In this document: positions 34,521 through 44,271 of the stretch, piece after piece
Layout: every line of letters begins with the position of its first letter
Position numbering within the stretch: the first letter of the stretch is position 1
Origin: Candidatus Taylorbacteria bacterium RIFCSPHIGHO2_01_FULL_46_22b
GTDB taxonomy: Bacteria > Patescibacteriota > Minisyncoccia > Phycocordibacterales > DSPV01
Length of the DNA stretch: 59,487 bases
Direction of reading: 5' to 3'
Assembly: GCA_001820875.1 (NCBI GenBank)
Contig: MHRF01000007.1
Location: 59,318 to 118,804, forward strand
Notes under the pieces: generated by a model
What the model was told of the DNA's origin: nothing
Database searches by the model: none
Seen by the model: the letters and a program-made list of their open reading frames with translations, nothing else
Translations under genes and position numbers: made by a program

Positions 34521-36239
34521 ATGACACTCCTTGAAGCATTGGTAGAAAAAAAGATGGTCCAACAATCGGATGTGTCTGCTATCCGAAAAGAGATGTCCGT
34601 TCCGAATTCGTCTCTTGAAGACATATTGGTTAGACGAGGTGTGCGTCCCGAAGATATTTTAGATGTTCGGGGAGAGCTGTTCGGCATGCCTCCCGCGCAT
34701 CTCGGGAATCGCAATATTCCCTACGAGGTGCTCAAATATGTTCCTGAAGAGTCGGCAGTATATTATCATTTTGTCCCTATAGGTCTCAAAAACGGAACGC
34801 TTGAAGTGGGTATTGTAAATCCTGAAAATGTTGAAGCGCTCGATGCGTTGAATTTTATTTCTTCTAAGAGTGCTCTACCCTATCAAATCTTTTTGATTAC
34901 TGAAGCAGATTTTAAACGGGTGGTTGAACTCTATAAGAGCCTCTCTGGAGAAGTTAATAAAGCACTTTCTGAACTTGAAACAGAACTTTCCGGTTCAGGG
35001 AAAAAAGAAGAGGATGAATATATTGAGGGAGGGGAAATGGAGGGAGAAACCCGTATTATTGAAGATGCGCCGGTTACTAAAATTGTTGCGACCATTTTGC
35101 ATTATGCGACTGAAGGGAATGCCTCGGACATTCATATTGAACCGATGATTGATAAGGTGCGCGTTCGGTTTCGTGTCGATGGAGTGCTAGCCACCAGTTT
35201 GATCCTTCCTCAAAAGGTGCATCAAGCAGTGGTCGCCCGCATAAAAATTCTTTCTAATATGCGTTTGGATGAACGGCGCAAACCACAGGACGGGCGGTTT
35301 AGTGCGACGATTGATCGGCGAAAAGTTGATTTCCGTGTTTCGACATTCCCCGCATATTACGGCGAGAAGATCGTGATGCGTATTTTGGATTCTGATCGCG
35401 GGGTTAAAAAAATGGATGAATTGAAATTGAGTGATCGAAACCTGAAACTCTTGCGCGCCGCGCTTTCTCGACCCTATGGCATGGTGCTCATCTCAGGTCC
35501 GACCGGATCGGGAAAATCAACCACGCTGTACTCAATGCTTAATGAGCTTGATCGCGATCATAAAAATGTGTTGAGTCTGGAAGATCCGGTTGAATACAGC
35601 ATTTCAGGCATGAGCCAGTCGCAAGTTCGTCCGGAGATCGGATATACGTTTGCCAATGGTTTGCGCACCACCTTGCGCCAAGACCCCGACATTATTATGG
35701 TTGGGGAGATCCGCGATAAAGAAACTGCACAGCTTGCTGTGCAGGCAGCTCTGACAGGACATTTGGTCTTTTCTACTATTCACACCAACAGTGCCGCTGG
35801 AGTGATCCCGCGTCTGATTGATATGGGTGTTGATCCCTACCTGATCGCCCCCACGCTTATTCTTGCTGCTGCGCAACGCTTGGTTGTCCAGTTGTGCGAA
35901 GGAGGAGGGAAGCCGATACCGGTGCAGGGGAGTATAAAAATGTTGTATGACCGACAATTTGAGGATGTGCCAGAAGAATTTCGTCGTACGCTTCCCAAAC
36001 CGGAGTTTGTCTATGAGGCAACTCCTATGCCGGATTGTCCGAAAGGAGTGCGTGGGCGCGCGGCGGTTTTCGAGGTGCTTGAAATGAATCATGAACTTGA
36101 AGCGGCTATCTTAAAAAATGCCCCCGAGTCTGAATTATTGAAAGTGGCTCGAAGACAGGGCATGCTTACCATGAAAGAGGACGCTATGATTAAGGCGCTG
36201 ACTCGAGTCATTCCTTTTGAGGAAGTTGGAGGTTTGTAG
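34521..36239 (+). CDS. pilB: type IV pilus extension ATPase PilB (GspE family)
   Basis: N-terminal GSPII-type domain, Walker A GPTGSGKSTT, Asp and His boxes, and a partial Cys motif. The start was set at MTLLEAL. Confidence 0.9.
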   Translation: MTLLEALVEKKMVQQSDVSAIRKEMSVPNSSLEDILVRRGVRPEDILDVRGELFGMPPAHLGNRNIPYEVLKYVPEESAVYYHFVPIGLKNGTLEVGIVNPENVEALDALNFISSKSALPYQIFLITEADFKRVVELYKSLSGEVNKALSELETELSGSGKKEEDEYIEGGEMEGETRIIEDAPVTKIVATILHYATEGNASDIHIEPMIDKVRVRFRVDGVLATSLILPQKVHQAVVARIKILSNMRLDERRKPQDGRFSATIDRRKVDFRVSTFPAYYGEKIVMRILDSDRGVKKMDELKLSDRNLKLLRAALSRPYGMVLISGPTGSGKSTTLYSMLNELDRDHKNVLSLEDPVEYSISGMSQSQVRPEIGYTFANGLRTTLRQDPDIIMVGEIRDKETAQLAVQAALTGHLVFSTIHTNSAAGVIPRLIDMGVDPYLIAPTLILAAAQRLVVQLCEGGGKPIPVQGSIKMLYDRQFEDVPEEFRRTLPKPEFVYEATPMPDCPKGVRGRAAVFEVLEMNHELEAAILKNAPESELLKVARRQGMLTMKEDAMIKALTRVIPFEEVGGL

Positions 36240-36274
36240 GAGCGCGTTACTATTCTTGTTATACTAACTACATA

Positions 36275-36676
36275 ATGGCAGAAGAAAAAAAATACAAAGT
36301 ATTGGTGGTTGATGATGATGAGTTTCTGTTAAACATGTACTCGGTAAAATTCACTAAGAGTGGTCTTGATGTGCACACCTGTGCTTCCAGCGAGAAGGCC
36401 CTCCAGATCTTAAAAGAAGGATTTGTTCCTGATGCATTGGTGCTTGATATTGTTATGCCTGGAATGGATGGATTTGAATTGTTGGAAAAGATTCGCGCGG
36501 ATAAACTTGCCCCGAAAGTACCCGTGCTTTTTCTGACGAATCAAGGACAATCGAGCGATATTGAACATGCAAAAAAACTTGGCGCTCAAGGATATATTGT
36601 GAAAGCAAGCACGATTCCTTCTGAAGTGCTTTCAGAGGTAATGAAGTATATCAAGGAAGCAAAGGCCTCGGCGTAA
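36275..36676 (+). CDS. stand-alone response regulator receiver (CheY-like)
   Basis: VLVVDDDEF, the phospho-acceptor context LDIVMPGMDG, and the conserved Lys in GYIVKA. No output domain. Confidence 0.85.
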   Translation: MAEEKKYKVLVVDDDEFLLNMYSVKFTKSGLDVHTCASSEKALQILKEGFVPDALVLDIVMPGMDGFELLEKIRADKLAPKVPVLFLTNQGQSSDIEHAKKLGAQGYIVKASTIPSEVLSEVMKYIKEAKASA

Positions 36677-36706
36677 CACCTGTATAAAATCAATCGTTGA
36701 AATATC

Positions 36707-37768
36707 ATGGATTACAAACGAGAACTCGATGATTATGTTGCTGTATTGGTCCGCGAGGGAGGATCAGATCTGCACTTAGCAGAAAACAGATATCCCATGA
36801 TTCGCGTCGGAGGATTTTTAGTTCCTTTAGTAAAGAAGGGGTTGTTATCCCGTGCGGCAATAGATGAGTTTCTTGCACTACTTGTTTCTGCCCCCAATCG
36901 GGAGATCTTTGCACAAGAGCGGGAGGTAGATTTTTCTTTTACGTTTAAAAACGGTATTCGGTTTCGTGGTAACGCATATCAGCGTATGGGGCAGGTTTCA
37001 ATCGCACTTCGTCTTATTCCCAATCGAATTCGAACACTTGATGAACTTCGGCTTCCTCCTGCGCTTGCGACTTTTACCCGCCACCAGCAGGGATTTTTCT
37101 TGGTAGTAGGTCCCGTGGGGCATGGGAAGACAACCACACTTGCTTCGCTCATTGAGCTTATCAATGCGGAGCGAGCTGAACATATTATTACCGTTGAAGA
37201 CCCAGTCGAGTATGTGTTCGAGCCGAAGAAATCAATGATTGATCAACGCGAAGTTCGTACTGATACGAAAGATTTTCATTCAGGCCTCATCAACATGCTT
37301 CGACAAGATGTTGATGTGGTGATGATTGGAGAAATGCGTGGGACGGATACGATGCAGACTGCTGTCACTGCGGCAGAGACTGGACACTTGGTTTTCTCAA
37401 CTTTGCATACCAACAATGCAGCGCAGACGATAGACCGTATTATTGACACCTTTCCCTCTGGACAGCATGATCAGATCAAGATACAGCTTTCGAGTAGTTT
37501 GCTCGGCATTTTTTCACAGAGGCTTATTCCGCGCGTTTCCGGAGGGTTAATTCCTGCGTTTGAATTACTGATTAATAATGCGGCAGTTTCCAACCTGATT
37601 CGCGAAGGCCGAACGCATGAAATTAGCACGGTAATTGAGACTGGTATGGATCAGGGCATGATTGATATTAACAGGTCGCTTGCCGAATTAGTTCGCTCGG
37701 GAGAAATTACTGTCGACAATGCCTATCAGTATTCTCTCAATCCGAAATCACTCGATCGGTTTTTATAA
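36707..37768 (+). CDS. pilT: type IV pilus retraction ATPase PilT
   Basis: Walker A GPVGHGKTTT, the AIRNLIREGK-like motif AVSNLIREGR, and 353 aa. Confidence 0.9.
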   Translation: MDYKRELDDYVAVLVREGGSDLHLAENRYPMIRVGGFLVPLVKKGLLSRAAIDEFLALLVSAPNREIFAQEREVDFSFTFKNGIRFRGNAYQRMGQVSIALRLIPNRIRTLDELRLPPALATFTRHQQGFFLVVGPVGHGKTTTLASLIELINAERAEHIITVEDPVEYVFEPKKSMIDQREVRTDTKDFHSGLINMLRQDVDVVMIGEMRGTDTMQTAVTAAETGHLVFSTLHTNNAAQTIDRIIDTFPSGQHDQIKIQLSSSLLGIFSQRLIPRVSGGLIPAFELLINNAAVSNLIREGRTHEISTVIETGMDQGMIDINRSLAELVRSGEITVDNAYQYSLNPKSLDRFL

Positions 37769-37865
37769 GTGAATTATGAAGCAAGAATAATGAATATAGA
37801 AGACATCTATTTTTTGAAGTTGCTTCTTCCTACATTCGTCATTCGTAATCCTAAATTCCATATTC

Positions 37866-39074
37866 ATGTTGTTTAAATACGAAGCAGTTGATCCAAGAGG
37901 AGATCGTCAGCAGGGAACGATAGACGCATACAGTGCGGACGCGGCTATCAATGCTATTCAGCATCGAGGGCTGGTGATCACTTCTATCAAAGGAGCGGGA
38001 GAGAGCTCTTTCATGAAGCTTGAAGTCTCGCTTCTCAATCGAGTGTCTAACAAAGACATTGTCATTTTGTCGCGTCAAATGTCGACTCTGTTTAATGCAC
38101 AGGTGTCAGCACTTCGTGTGTTTTCGCTTTTGGCAGCTGAAAGTCATAACCCCGAGTTGCGTAAACACATGGTAGAGGTTGCTGACGATTTGCAGGCAGG
38201 CAGTTCTATTTCGAAAGCACTTTCGAAACATCCGAAAATTTTTTCCGATTTTTACGTCAACATGGTGAGAGCAGGCGAGGAGTCAGGGAAACTTGATCAG
38301 ACGTTTAGTTATCTTGCCGATTATCTCGATCGAACCTATGAGGTAACTTCAAAAGTGAAGAATGCGCTTGTATACCCTGCATTCGTGGTGTTTGTATTTA
38401 TCGGCGTGATGGTGTTCATGCTTACAAGCATTATTCCGAAGATCAGCGAAATTATTGAAAGTGCCGGCCAAGATATACCGATCTATACAAAGATTGTTAT
38501 TGGGATAAGTCGTTTGCTGACAGAATATGGTTTGTGGGTGCTTATAGTTTTAGTGATTGGTGGCATTTTCACTTTTCGTTACGGACGCACTGAATCAGGA
38601 AAATTTTTCTTTTCAAAGCTACGCCTTTCGACCCCTTATTTAGGCGATTTGTATCGAAAGATGTATTTGTCGCGTATTGCAGATAACATGAATACCATGC
38701 TTTCAAGTGCGATTCCTATAGTTAAAACTTTGGATGTTACTGCTGCTGTGGTGGGGGATGTGACGTATGAAAAAATCATAAAGGAGGTAGTTGATGCAGT
38801 GCGCGTAGGGAGCTCGGTCTCGCTTGCTTTTTCTGCCCATAAAGAAGTTCCTACTATCTTGGTGCAAATGATCAAAGTAGGAGAGGAAACTGGCGAATTG
38901 GGTAATATTCTTAATACATTGGCAAAATTCTATACCCGAGAGGTTAATAATGCCGTAGATACGGTTATTAGCCTTATTGAGCCAGCTATGATTATCCTCC
39001 TTGCGGTAGGTGTAGGTATACTACTTGCATCTGTTTTGGTCCCTATCTACAACCTGACTTCGAGCATCAATTAA
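37866..39074 (+). CDS. pilC: type IV pilus platform protein PilC (T2SS F family)
   Basis: Two T2SSF repeats and three TM segments. 402 aa. Confidence 0.9.
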   Translation: MLFKYEAVDPRGDRQQGTIDAYSADAAINAIQHRGLVITSIKGAGESSFMKLEVSLLNRVSNKDIVILSRQMSTLFNAQVSALRVFSLLAAESHNPELRKHMVEVADDLQAGSSISKALSKHPKIFSDFYVNMVRAGEESGKLDQTFSYLADYLDRTYEVTSKVKNALVYPAFVVFVFIGVMVFMLTSIIPKISEIIESAGQDIPIYTKIVIGISRLLTEYGLWVLIVLVIGGIFTFRYGRTESGKFFFSKLRLSTPYLGDLYRKMYLSRIADNMNTMLSSAIPIVKTLDVTAAVVGDVTYEKIIKEVVDAVRVGSSVSLAFSAHKEVPTILVQMIKVGEETGELGNILNTLAKFYTREVNNAVDTVISLIEPAMIILLAVGVGILLASVLVPIYNLTSSIN

Positions 39075-39366
39075 AGAAAGAGTCTAAAACCCCTCTATTT
39101 TAGTGAGATTAGCTATCCACAAGAGGGTTGTGGCTTATTGAGTAATGGGATTATAATACGGGGGTACCTAATAAGTAACCAATGTGTCAGTCTCGACTGG
39201 CATGAGGGATAAAAAACAGGTCGGCGTCTCGTTCCCATCTTAGTACGGCGCGGGTCGCAATTATTGCCTAGTGGAGCGAGGGAAAAGAAATGGTCTTTTC
39301 TTTTCCGAGTGAACGACGGCAACAAGAGGTCCTTAGACCAATTATTAATTCTTAGTAAGAGTTTAC

Positions 39367-39813
39367 ATGAAAAAGACAAGAGGTTTTACGCTCATCGAAT
39401 TGTTGGTGGTCATTGCGATTATTGGTATCTTGGCGTCTGTCGTGCTCGCCAGCTTGAATACTGCCCGTGGCAAAGCATCGAATGCGGCAATCAAAGCTGA
39501 TCTTTCACAGGTTCGCACGCAGATGGAAATTGCTTATGATACTGCTGGTTCGTATGCAGCGGTGTGTGCAAGCAGTGTATTTGCTGCCGGCCAGACAGTT
39601 CTGTTGCAGATTGCAACTCATGTTTTGAGTCAGAATAATGGTGCAGCAGGTGTAGCAGCTGGATATGTTTGTCAGAGCACAGGAAGTGCGTATGCAGTAC
39701 AAGCGGCTCTCAAGCAGGATGAAGGCACTCTTTCATACTACTGTGTAGATAGCACAGGAGTTGCAAGACTTACCGACACAGTGCTTGGTACCAATACCGC
39801 CTGTCAGCCGTAG
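39367..39813 (+). CDS. major type IV pilin
   Basis: Prepilin leader MKKTRG/FTLIELLVVIAIIGILA, with Glu at +5 and C-terminal cysteines. A strong terminator follows. Confidence 0.85.
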   Translation: MKKTRGFTLIELLVVIAIIGILASVVLASLNTARGKASNAAIKADLSQVRTQMEIAYDTAGSYAAVCASSVFAAGQTVLLQIATHVLSQNNGAAGVAAGYVCQSTGSAYAVQAALKQDEGTLSYYCVDSTGVARLTDTVLGTNTACQP

Positions 39814-39841
39814 TCTTCTTAGAATATATTTCTGTTATCTA

Positions 39842-39875
39842 CAACACCCGCCTTTAGGCGGGTGTTGTGTATTTG
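39842..39875 (+). terminator. intrinsic terminator after the pilin gene
   Basis: CAACACCCGCC-TTTA-GGCGGGTGTTG followed by TGTATTTG. Confidence 0.7.
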
Positions 39876-39915
39876 TACCTTGTCGCAGTGTATCTAGGCT
39901 TGTTATACTTTCTAT

Positions 39916-42120
39916 ATGAAACGACTCCTTTGGAAGAGTTCACTGATTCTCCTCATGTTTTTTTTGCTGATCGGGGGAATATCTTTTTCTCAACCGGCGC
40001 AAGCTTTTGTCTGTCTTCCTCCACCTGACCAGAATGTTTGTGGACTTGATCCGCTTCAGGTTACTTGTTCTGCGACTCCCAAAAATAAAGTAACCCAGCA
40101 GACATTTGGGGAGGCAGTTGCAGTGACGTGGACTGTGGAGGCAAAAGACGGTATTGGCACGGCACCTTATACATACTCTTGGAGCACCCCATGGGGACTT
40201 TCTGGAACGAGTAATACGCTCGCAACCGCAATCACAATCCCGGGGACATATCGTGCGACCGCAGTTGTTTCGCACGGGACAGAATCGCCAAAATCTTGTT
40301 ATGCCGAAGTAGTTATCGATCCGCCACCTGCTCCGTTTATCACATTTAGTGCTGACGATACAACAATCGAATATAATACCTCAACTAATCTTTCGTGGAC
40401 CGTGCAGAATGCAACCTCGTGCACTGCATCAGGTGGATGGTCGGGAGATAAAAATGCAACCGGCGGGGTTGAATCGACAGGCCTTCTCACTGCTACAAAG
40501 ACATATACGCTTTTGTGCAGAGGTCCCAAACAGAATCTTTCGCGATCAGTAACAGTAACTGTTAACCCCCCGCCCGCCCCTATTGTTAATTTCCGCGCAT
40601 TTCCAACAACCGTTGATTACAACGATACCTCAACTCTGTCTTGGGAAGTTGAAGGTACAATATCTGGTGGATGTCGTGCGTCAGGAGCGTCGGGCTGGTC
40701 AGGTAACAAAGATTCTACGGGCTCTGAAGAAACACGTCCGCTTACTGCCAATCAAACGTACACGCTTACCTGTAGAGGGGCTAGGGAAGATACTGTTCGG
40801 AGTGTAACCGTGACGGTCACCCCCCCTCCTCCAGCAGCCGTAACCCTCACCGACGATCAAAATGGCAATCCAGTTGCTCCCAATACTGATGTCGAGCTAT
40901 CTTGGGAAGCTGAAAATGCAAAACAGTGCACCGGAACGCGTTTTTCAACAGGAAGTGCAAAACCAACTTCGGGTTCTGTGGTGGTGAGGCCGACAGAAAC
41001 AACCACCTACTCAATTTCTTGTGATCCGCTGCAAGGTTCAACAAAAGCTTCAGACAGTGTCACCATTACCGTCTCAAATACCAACCTTCCTTCTGGATCT
41101 TCTTGTACTGCTTCAAACCAATGTCAGAGCCCTCTGATTTGTAATATTCCTTCAGGACAAACTTCTGGCACTTGCGGTGTTCCCTCATGCACCTATACAT
41201 ATTCTTGGGGTGCTTGTCTAAACGGCAAACAATCTGCAACAGTAACTGGCAGTTCGCCTTCCGGATGTACAGGAACCCCACTGACGCAGCGGGATTGTAC
41301 AGCTCAATTGCAGGTAAGCTGTGAAGTGAGTCCTTCCAGTGTTGCTACCGGTGAGAATACGAATTGGATCTTGCGTGTAACATCAGCTGGCCCGTCAGGA
41401 AGTATGAGTGGGACTTATTCTTGGGTTTGGAGCGGGGGAGCAAATCCACCTGCACCAGAGACGAGCGCTGCAAATTATGCTGGTCCAAGTTACGGTGCTG
41501 CAAAACAATTTCCCACTACTGGCAGGTGGACAGGAACTGGAACAGTTACCACGCAGGATGGGCCTAAGAGTTGTAGTAGGCAGATTGATGTAAAAGAGTG
41601 CAATCCAAGTACGTTTGTGGGACAGTGTGGAGACCAAAGAGGGGTTACTAAATGCAACACTAGTCAGATATCACGTTGCAATGCCGCTGGAATATATTGT
41701 CAGACAGATTCAGTCAGTTGTAATCCTAATAATCCTAACAACCCCAATAACCCAAACAATCCCAACAATCCTAACAATCCTAACAACCCCAATAACCCGA
41801 ATAATCCTAACAACCCCAACAACGCCAATTGTCCTCCTGGGACTCTTTGCAACCCACTTGGTCCCAACGGTGAACCGATCAACAATATCAACACACTTGT
41901 CGCCACTGCTCTCAAGACGTTTGTAAGTATTCTGATCCCGATTATCGTTTTGTTTTATGTGATTACGGGTTTGATGTTTATCACTGCGCGTGGGAATCCT
42001 GAAAAACTCTCGACTGCAAAAACTGCATTCCTTTTCACCACAATCGGCGCCGGTGTAGTGCTTGGCGCATGGGTATTTGCACAATTAATTTCAGAGACTA
42101 TTACCTCTGTCAGAGGATAG
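39916..42120 (+). CDS. large surface protein: Ig-like repeats, Cys-rich region, PNN linker, C-terminal two-helix pilin-like anchor
   Basis: Signal peptide. Repeats of the type S.LSW....A.SC.ASGGWSG....T.TYTL.CRG, also seen in 9223-10653. An 11-unit PNN tract. The C-terminus ATALKTFVSILIPIIVLFYVITGLMFITARGNPEKLSTAKTAFLFTTIGAGVVL resembles the small pilin family linked to CPR type IV secretion systems (recalled from memory). Confidence 0.8.
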   Translation: MKRLLWKSSLILLMFFLLIGGISFSQPAQAFVCLPPPDQNVCGLDPLQVTCSATPKNKVTQQTFGEAVAVTWTVEAKDGIGTAPYTYSWSTPWGLSGTSNTLATAITIPGTYRATAVVSHGTESPKSCYAEVVIDPPPAPFITFSADDTTIEYNTSTNLSWTVQNATSCTASGGWSGDKNATGGVESTGLLTATKTYTLLCRGPKQNLSRSVTVTVNPPPAPIVNFRAFPTTVDYNDTSTLSWEVEGTISGGCRASGASGWSGNKDSTGSEETRPLTANQTYTLTCRGAREDTVRSVTVTVTPPPPAAVTLTDDQNGNPVAPNTDVELSWEAENAKQCTGTRFSTGSAKPTSGSVVVRPTETTTYSISCDPLQGSTKASDSVTITVSNTNLPSGSSCTASNQCQSPLICNIPSGQTSGTCGVPSCTYTYSWGACLNGKQSATVTGSSPSGCTGTPLTQRDCTAQLQVSCEVSPSSVATGENTNWILRVTSAGPSGSMSGTYSWVWSGGANPPAPETSAANYAGPSYGAAKQFPTTGRWTGTGTVTTQDGPKSCSRQIDVKECNPSTFVGQCGDQRGVTKCNTSQISRCNAAGIYCQTDSVSCNPNNPNNPNNPNNPNNPNNPNNPNNPNNPNNPNNANCPPGTLCNPLGPNGEPINNINTLVATALKTFVSILIPIIVLFYVITGLMFITARGNPEKLSTAKTAFLFTTIGAGVVLGAWVFAQLISETITSVRG
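41722..41829 (+). repeat. 9-bp tandem repeat (12 units) encoding the (NPN)n linker
   Basis: AATCCTAAT AATCCTAAC AACCCCAAT ... read directly from the sequence. The units are imperfect at third codon positions. Confidence 0.9.
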
Positions 42121-42177
42121 AGAGTAAATCCTTCGTATAACTTTGAATTCGAGCCGTTTGTTGGGATAATACAGGAG

Positions 42178-42984
42178 ATGTCATCTCTACTTCTTTTCTA
42201 CAGTGTCATATTAGGTGCGATTATAGGAAGTTTTTTGAACGTGGTTATTTTCCGATTTCACACCGGCCGATCGATCGGAGGACGTTCTTCATGCGCGACC
42301 TGTGCCCACAGGCTCAAATGGTTTGATTTGATACCGATAGTAAGCTTTGTTATTTTAGGGGGGAAATGCCGATCGTGTCACTCGCGTATCTCGTGGCAAT
42401 ACCCTTTGATTGAATTGCTTACAGCCGCGGTATTTTTCTGTATTACTGCTAATTTTTTGGAAAATCCAAATACTATAGCAGAGTGGACTGTCCTTGGCTT
42501 CTCACTTGTTGTCTGGCCTTTGCTCATTGTGATTCTTGGATACGATCTTCGTCATAAAATTATTCCAGACGCATTGGTCTATACAGTTGCGCTCGGCACA
42601 CTTTTATTCCGCTTAATTATGATTGCGTTTGCGGGCGAAGGGGGATCTTGGATTGATCTCTTGGCCGGTCCGATTTTTTTTATCCCGTTTTTTCTTTTGT
42701 GGTTTCTTTCAAATGGACGCTGGATGGGGCTCGGTGACGGCAAATTATCGCTTGGTATCGGGTGGTTGTTAGGCATGTACGGAGGAATTTCAGCTCTCGT
42801 GTTCGGTTTTTGGGCAGGTGCAATAGTGGGACTCTTTTTGGTCGCAATTACATCAGTGCAATCCCGATTGAAGAGGGGGAGCAAAGCGGTTACTATGAAG
42901 AGCGAACTTCCTTTTGCCCCATTTTTGATTGCTGGCATGTGCGCGGTTCAATTTTTCAATTTCTCGCTTTTTGCAGGATTGTAA
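42178..42984 (+). CDS. pilD: prepilin peptidase PilD (A24 family)
   Basis: CATCAHRLKWFDLIPIVSF...CRSC zinc motif. The two Asp-site contexts include MGLGDGKL. Multi-pass membrane protein. Confidence 0.9.
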   Translation: MSSLLLFYSVILGAIIGSFLNVVIFRFHTGRSIGGRSSCATCAHRLKWFDLIPIVSFVILGGKCRSCHSRISWQYPLIELLTAAVFFCITANFLENPNTIAEWTVLGFSLVVWPLLIVILGYDLRHKIIPDALVYTVALGTLLFRLIMIAFAGEGGSWIDLLAGPIFFIPFFLLWFLSNGRWMGLGDGKLSLGIGWLLGMYGGISALVFGFWAGAIVGLFLVAITSVQSRLKRGSKAVTMKSELPFAPFLIAGMCAVQFFNFSLFAGL

Positions 42985-42985
42985 T

Positions 42986-43648
42986 ATGACTTTCCATTTG
43001 AAAGAGAAAAGAAATAGCGTACGGCGCGGGTTCACCCTCATCGAACTTTTGGTGGTACTCTCTATCATTATGGTGATTACGGTGATTGCAAGTTATGGAA
43101 AAACCAGATACGAGAGGTCAATTTATCTCACCAACCTTTCTTACGATGTAGCCCTTGCAGTACGCGAAGCGCAGTTATATGGAGTCAATGTCCGTCGAGG
43201 TGTTGGAGCTGATTATGATTATGGCTACGGTGTCCATTTTTCAACGAGCCAGCCATCAAGCTTCCAGTTATTTGTTGATAGCGACAATGATCATTATTAT
43301 GACGGAGTGTCTGAATTAGTTCGCAATTATGGCGTTACTAATAATCATCGAGTTTCGGCGCTCTGTACGGTCGCCGTTGGTTCAAGTCTGTGTGTCGCCG
43401 TAACCACGCTCGATATTACGTTTCGGCGCCCTGATCCTGACGCCTGCATAAACACAGGTGTTTCCTATTGCAGTGTGGGTCCTGCAACTGCGACGTGTAT
43501 TCCCTCCAATCAGACTGCCAAACTTTCTTCTTCGTGCATTGTTGCGACTGCAAAATCGGAAGGCCGTATTACGGTCAGTTCTGATGATCCTTCTGTCCCG
43601 ACGCACACGATTAAGGTTTATTCAACTGGACAGATATCAGTGCAATGA
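42986..43648 (+). CDS. minor pilin / pseudopilin
   Basis: Prepilin N-terminus RRGFTLIELLVVLSIIMV. The ATG lies 1 nt after the pilD stop. Confidence 0.75.
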   Translation: MTFHLKEKRNSVRRGFTLIELLVVLSIIMVITVIASYGKTRYERSIYLTNLSYDVALAVREAQLYGVNVRRGVGADYDYGYGVHFSTSQPSSFQLFVDSDNDHYYDGVSELVRNYGVTNNHRVSALCTVAVGSSLCVAVTTLDITFRRPDPDACINTGVSYCSVGPATATCIPSNQTAKLSSSCIVATAKSEGRITVSSDDPSVPTHTIKVYSTGQISVQ

Positions 43649-44271
43649 AGATATCTATGCCAAAAAACAAAGGGTTCTCAACAATTGAAATGATGGTAGC
43701 AGTCGCACTCTTTGCGATGGTTATGCTTATGTCGGCCGCCGCGATGGTGACATTAGTGAATGCTAATCAAAAAGCTCGGTCGGTAAAAACGGCAGTTGAT
43801 AACTTGAATTTCGTGGTGGAAACTATTAGCCGTTCACTGCGTGTAGGGAGCCACTATTATTGCCAGCCGACGACTAATTCAAGTGGCATTGTTATTAACC
43901 ACAATACGCAAAATTGTCCGATTGATCTCAATAATTCTAATTCAGGCGGTACCTATATGGGGTTTAGTGATCGAAACGGGAAGTTGGTTTTTTATCGATA
44001 CAATGGATCTTGTATCCAACGAAAGGTAACCAATGTTGATTGGGTTTCAGCGGCACCATATGTGGACGATCTAAATAGTGGGTATGATTGTATTACTCCT
44101 GCAGATATCACCATTACTCGATTTCGTTTCTATGTATACAACACAGGTATCGCTTCTCCGAAACAGCCGTTTGTGACACTGGTGATTAGTGGTACGGTCG
44201 GTGCAAAGCAGTCCACGCAGACCAATTTTAATCTCATGACTTCAGTTACCCAACGTATCCCACAAGAATAA
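43645..44271 (+). CDS. minor pilin
   Basis: Prepilin-like N-terminus KGFSTIEMMVAVALFAMV. 4-nt overlap with the upstream gene. Confidence 0.7.
   Translation: MKISMPKNKGFSTIEMMVAVALFAMVMLMSAAAMVTLVNANQKARSVKTAVDNLNFVVETISRSLRVGSHYYCQPTTNSSGIVINHNTQNCPIDLNNSNSGGTYMGFSDRNGKLVFYRYNGSCIQRKVTNVDWVSAAPYVDDLNSGYDCITPADITITRFRFYVYNTGIASPKQPFVTLVISGTVGAKQSTQTNFNLMTSVTQRIPQE

Noticed and set aside
39075-39366. Possible c-di-GMP or other known riboswitch in the pilin leader
   Set aside because: I found none of the conserved cores I remember for GEMM-I/II or other classes. The region is kept only as an unexplained long leader.
41700-42084. Minus-strand ORFs over the PNN repeat (the LLGLLGLFG... peptide) and the possibility of a CRISPR-like array
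   Set aside because: The periodicity is 9 bp with no spacers, and it is in frame in a long plus-strand gene. It is a coding tandem repeat, not a CRISPR array.
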